Shown one piece after another: positions 62,501 through 64,000 of a stretch of 64,000 bases of DNA; positions within the stretch are counted from its first letter, which is position 1, and every line of letters begins with the position of its first letter. Made by a program: the position numbers and the translations under genes. Below the pieces are notes generated by a model, which did not search any database, had not been told where the DNA came from, and saw only the letters and a program-made list of their open reading frames with translations. This DNA is from Salpingoeca rosetta (Eukaryota > Protista > Choanoflagellata): NCBI GenBank assembly GCA_033442325.1, contig JAWQFM010000013.1, positions 290-64,289 on the forward strand, in the 5' to 3' direction.

Positions 62501-62684
62501 AGGCAGCAGAGGCAAAGGCAGAGCAAGATCAAGACGCATCAGCGCCAGCACCACCACCACCTCCTCCTCCGCCTCCGCCACCACCGCCTCCGCCATCTGC
62601 GGATTTGGGTGCGGCGGCGCCCAAGCAGCCAGCAGCGCCGGCCTTTCCGGGCGATTTCCTCGCAGCAATCAGGGTGCGCAGTGT

Positions 62685-62723
<39 letters not shown>

Positions 62724-62741
62724 TGTGTCTGTGTCTGTGTC

Positions 62742-62776
<35 letters not shown>

Positions 62777-62987
62777 GTGCGTGCGTGTGTGTGTGTGTGT
62801 GTGTGTGTGTCAGTGTGTCGGTGCGTGTCCACGAATGTGTTTCATATCACGATCGGTGTTCTGTTTTCATTGACACATTCTGCCATTCCACGTTATGGCA
62901 ATCAATGCAGGGTGGTGTTGCGCTCAAAGCCGTGGACACATCCCAGGACAACGCAGCACAGCCCGCACAAAGTACGCAATGCCCACA

Positions 62988-63044
<57 letters not shown>

Positions 63045-63681
63045 CGTGATTTGAGCTCACAGAATGGTCTTGTCCTGATTTGAACGGCACATTGCAGGCC
63101 AGCCACTTGACCTCGCGTCTGTCATCAAGAGCGCCTTCAAGCGGGTATGAACGCACGAACACATGAACGCTAGTGGATGTGAATATGTGTATTGGTGTCG
63201 GGCCTTTCATTGGTTTGTATCATACTAATTGTGTCCTTGTCTGATAAGCTGACACGGCTGCAACGCTCACACGCACATGCACACGTGCATACGCTCGCAC
63301 ACCGCCTGTGCCTCGTTTCTCCAACAGGGGTCGCCCTCTCTTCGCAAGACGAGCATGTCTGCTGACAACGATCGCAGAAACACATATGCAAGACGCAGGA
63401 TAGAGGTTCGTTCAATGTGTGTGTGTTTGTTTGTTTGTTTGTTTGTTTGTTTGTTTGTTTGTTTGTTTGTTTGTTTGTTTGTTTGTTTGTTTGTTTGTTT
63501 GTTTGTTTGTTTGTTTGTTTGTGGTGACACATGACGGCTCACTGCATTCGCGTTGTTCTGCGTGCGTGTGTGCACAGGAGGAGAAACGGGAGCGGGAGCG
63601 GGCGCTGGAGGAGGAACGACGGCGACAGGAGCGATACGAGGCCATGGAGAAGGAACGCATCAGGCGACAGGAGGAGGAGAG
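58173..63681 (+). CDS. Pro-rich, acidic, disordered protein with WH2 actin-binding motif(s) and a coiled coil; continues past the window
   Basis: [13 protein letters not shown] and several tiny Pro/Arg exons. Large exon ~60110-62673. Poly-Pro followed by DFLAAIR|GGVALKAV (WH2, split by an intron), a second WH2-like [20 protein letters not shown], and a charged helix [18 protein letters not shown]. Confidence 0.7.
63425..63521. repeat. (GTTT)n microsatellite
   Basis: About 24 units. Confidence 0.95.
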
Positions 63682-64000
63682 GTGTGTGTGTCTGTGTCTG
63701 TGTCTGTGTGTCTGTGTGTCTGTGTGTGTGTGTGTGTGTGTGTCTGTGTCTGTGTGTGTGTGTGTGTGTGGGTCTCATGAGATGTGGTGCGAAGTAGATT
63801 TCGTGACCGAGAGGGGTTGTAGCAAAACGCAACTTAAAACATGTAAATAAATCCGCACACGAAAAAATAGACGCGAACAATCTCGATCTACCTGGGGCCT
63901 TCAATCGCGTCACTAAGGCACGTAATTCGGCCAAAAACTGGTGCAGCATCCACGGTCTGTGATGTCCTCTACCGCCCACCACCATAGCTGTTTCTTTATG

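Noticed and set aside
60231-62668. Long minus-strand ORFs (525 and 495 aa)
   Set aside because: Antisense shadows of the large acidic exon.

Overview
Intron-rich eukaryotic genomic DNA with (GT/CA)n microsatellites in almost every intron. Gene content and intron style suggest a choanoflagellate such as Salpingoeca rosetta (inference, not verified). From left to right: the 5' part of an XPC/Rad4 gene joined across a (GT)n tract to the 3' half of a histidyl-tRNA synthetase gene; a 100-N gap; a ~23-kb tract with no intact protein gene (a minisatellite, a solitary 5S rRNA gene, an exostosin-like pseudogene, a giant Cys-rich receptor pseudogene); an LRR-ankyrin-SAM gene whose third intron holds a ~500-bp alien insert with 13-bp direct repeats; a ~1780-aa type II membrane protein with TIR-like + SH2 + Tyr-motif cytoplasmic part and a long extracellular L-domain/LRR-like solenoid (the most unusual gene here); glucosidase II alpha (minus strand, second gap inside); an amnionless-like gene; an ILRUN/C6orf106-like gene; an intronless beta-tubulin; and the 5' part of a Pro-rich WH2 protein. 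Exon boundaries were placed by eye from GT..AG sites and protein similarity. Most ORFs in the supplied track are microsatellite artefacts.
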